Of a stretch of DNA of 64,000 nt, positions 62,654 to 64,000 are shown in pieces (within the stretch, counting starts at the first letter, position 1; every line of letters begins with the position of its first letter). Location: the NCBI GenBank assembly GCA_013265495.1, contig MU058337.1, positions 2,200,686-2,264,685 on the forward strand, given 5' to 3'. The position numbers were made by a program, and so were the translations under genes. The notes beneath the pieces are model-generated. The model was not told the origin of the DNA. It worked only from the letters and a program-made list of their open reading frames with translations, and did not search any database. This DNA is from Vicugna vicugna. Lineage: Eukaryota.

Positions 62654-63794
62654 GAGCTGTTGCTGCTGGCACGGACAGCGATGAACTGACAGTGGGGCTG
62701 TGTCACAGCTGCAGTGATTATGTAAAAGTGCTGTTACTGCTCGCAGCCTATCGCTTTCTATGATACCTAGCTGAACGGACACGCATTAGCTTTCATTCAA
62801 GGCTAGACACATATTGGGCAGCTGTTAAATATCTGTTCCTTTCCATCCTTAGCTTGTGTTAAAGCACCATTTCATTCTCTTCTTGATCAACTTTGTACAT
62901 AAACAGAGAGTTGAAAACTATCACAGGATACCTCTGAAGGCATAAAAATCCTTAGATGCCAAAATCAAGTAACTGTTAAGGATGCTGCTATTTCCTCCAC
63001 ATGACATCAACTGAATATCTGAAAATTTTAAGACTTTAACAAAGAACTTCTTACTAGAATATCTTACATCCTAGGGAAAGGAAATTATAATCTGCTGGCT
63101 TTGAAAGCATGATTTCTTTAGACGTCATTTTTATATTGATTGACTTACAATAAAAAAAGAGAAAATGTAATCTCACATATTTGATGTTTATATAATTTTA
63201 ACACCCATAATCAAAGATACTGAGTATATTACAAAATGTCAATATATTATAAAACTTTATATTCGGAAGGAGTTTAGCTTTTATATACCCCTAATTCATT
63301 GCTTTATATGTTAATGAGGAAATAGAAGTCCAAGGTAATGACTGAATAGAATCCTCACGTCTAGTCTGTGGTAAAACCCCATATTTCCATGGCACACGTC
63401 TCTTTCCACATCATGATTATCTGTGTAGTTTGACTTTCTGTTTAGGTATCTACACACTTCCTCTGACTTGTTCACTAACGTGTTTTTGAACTCTTTCTAC
63501 TAACCTGCTCTTGATCTGTCTGTTGCACAATTTGTGACCAAAATGTGAGTCCTAAATTCATGAGCTGCACAGCCAACTAATCTAATTTAATTAGCCTGAG
63601 TTTAGCCTCTTAAGGCCAAGGTAAAGTTACTTTGTATTTCCCTCCTGGTTCTTCAGAGGCAAGAAATAGAATCTAAGATAGAGAAGAAGCCAGTCTTGAA
63701 TCAGTTAGAATTCTGCTGGATGTAGAAAATCTTTACAATCAAAACCCACCCGCTGTTGCAGAAGGAAGCTTATGCAGTAGAATATAGCAATTAT

Positions 63795-64000
63795 CTTTTT
63801 TTAATTGAGGGAAAATTGAAAAATAACATTATATTAGTTTCAGGTGTACAACATAATGATTGGATTTTTGTATATATTGCAAAATGATCACCACAGTAAA
63901 TCTAGTTAACGTCCATGACCATACATAGTTACAATTTTTTTTCTGATGAAAATTTTTAAGATCTACTCTCTTGGCAATTTTCAAATTTGCAATAGAGTAT
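63795..64000 (-). mobile_element. LINE-1 3' end (L1MA9-like), running off the window
   Basis: T tract then 'attgagg...ataacattatattagtttcaggtgtacaacataatgatt', 'aaatgatcaccacagtaaatctagttaac', 'tttaagatctactctct'. Confidence 0.85.

Noticed and set aside
400..62706. Remaining 60-140 aa ORFs as genes
   Set aside because: Many start at non-ATG codons, overlap repeats or low-complexity DNA, and resemble no protein I know. This is expected background in mammalian non-coding DNA.
1..64000. CRISPR arrays, operons or other prokaryotic/viral systems
   Set aside because: The sequence is mammalian and repeat-rich, with no regularly spaced repeat-spacer arrays, no long ORFs and no ERV internal genes.

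Overview
This is AT-rich mammalian genomic DNA, almost certainly intronic or intergenic. A tRNA-Ala(AGC)-derived SINE of the vic-1 type plus cetartiodactyl-type L1 3' ends point to a camelid (alpaca/llama/camel); that is an inference. I recognise no host protein-coding exon. The only ORFs with a recognisable product are four frameshifted pieces of LINE-1 ORF2 (11775-12950, minus strand); the other ORFs look like chance frames. A large share of the window is interspersed repeats: L1, L2, L3/CR1, MIR, MaLR/ERVL solo LTRs and hAT MITEs (MER20, MER63). Subfamily names come from my recollection of consensus sequences and boundaries are approximate, so both need RepeatMasker/Dfam confirmation. I found no convincing new biological system. 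The best leads are modest: (i) a near-identical tail-less SINE head copied next to its parent amid templated-repair-like micro-repeats (~18.7-19.0 kb); (ii) a small CpG island with ETS/E2F/GC-box motifs (~3.1-3.6 kb); (iii) a muscle/cardiac-type motif cluster (~24.6-24.9 kb); (iv) several candidate small exons and microexons on both strands.
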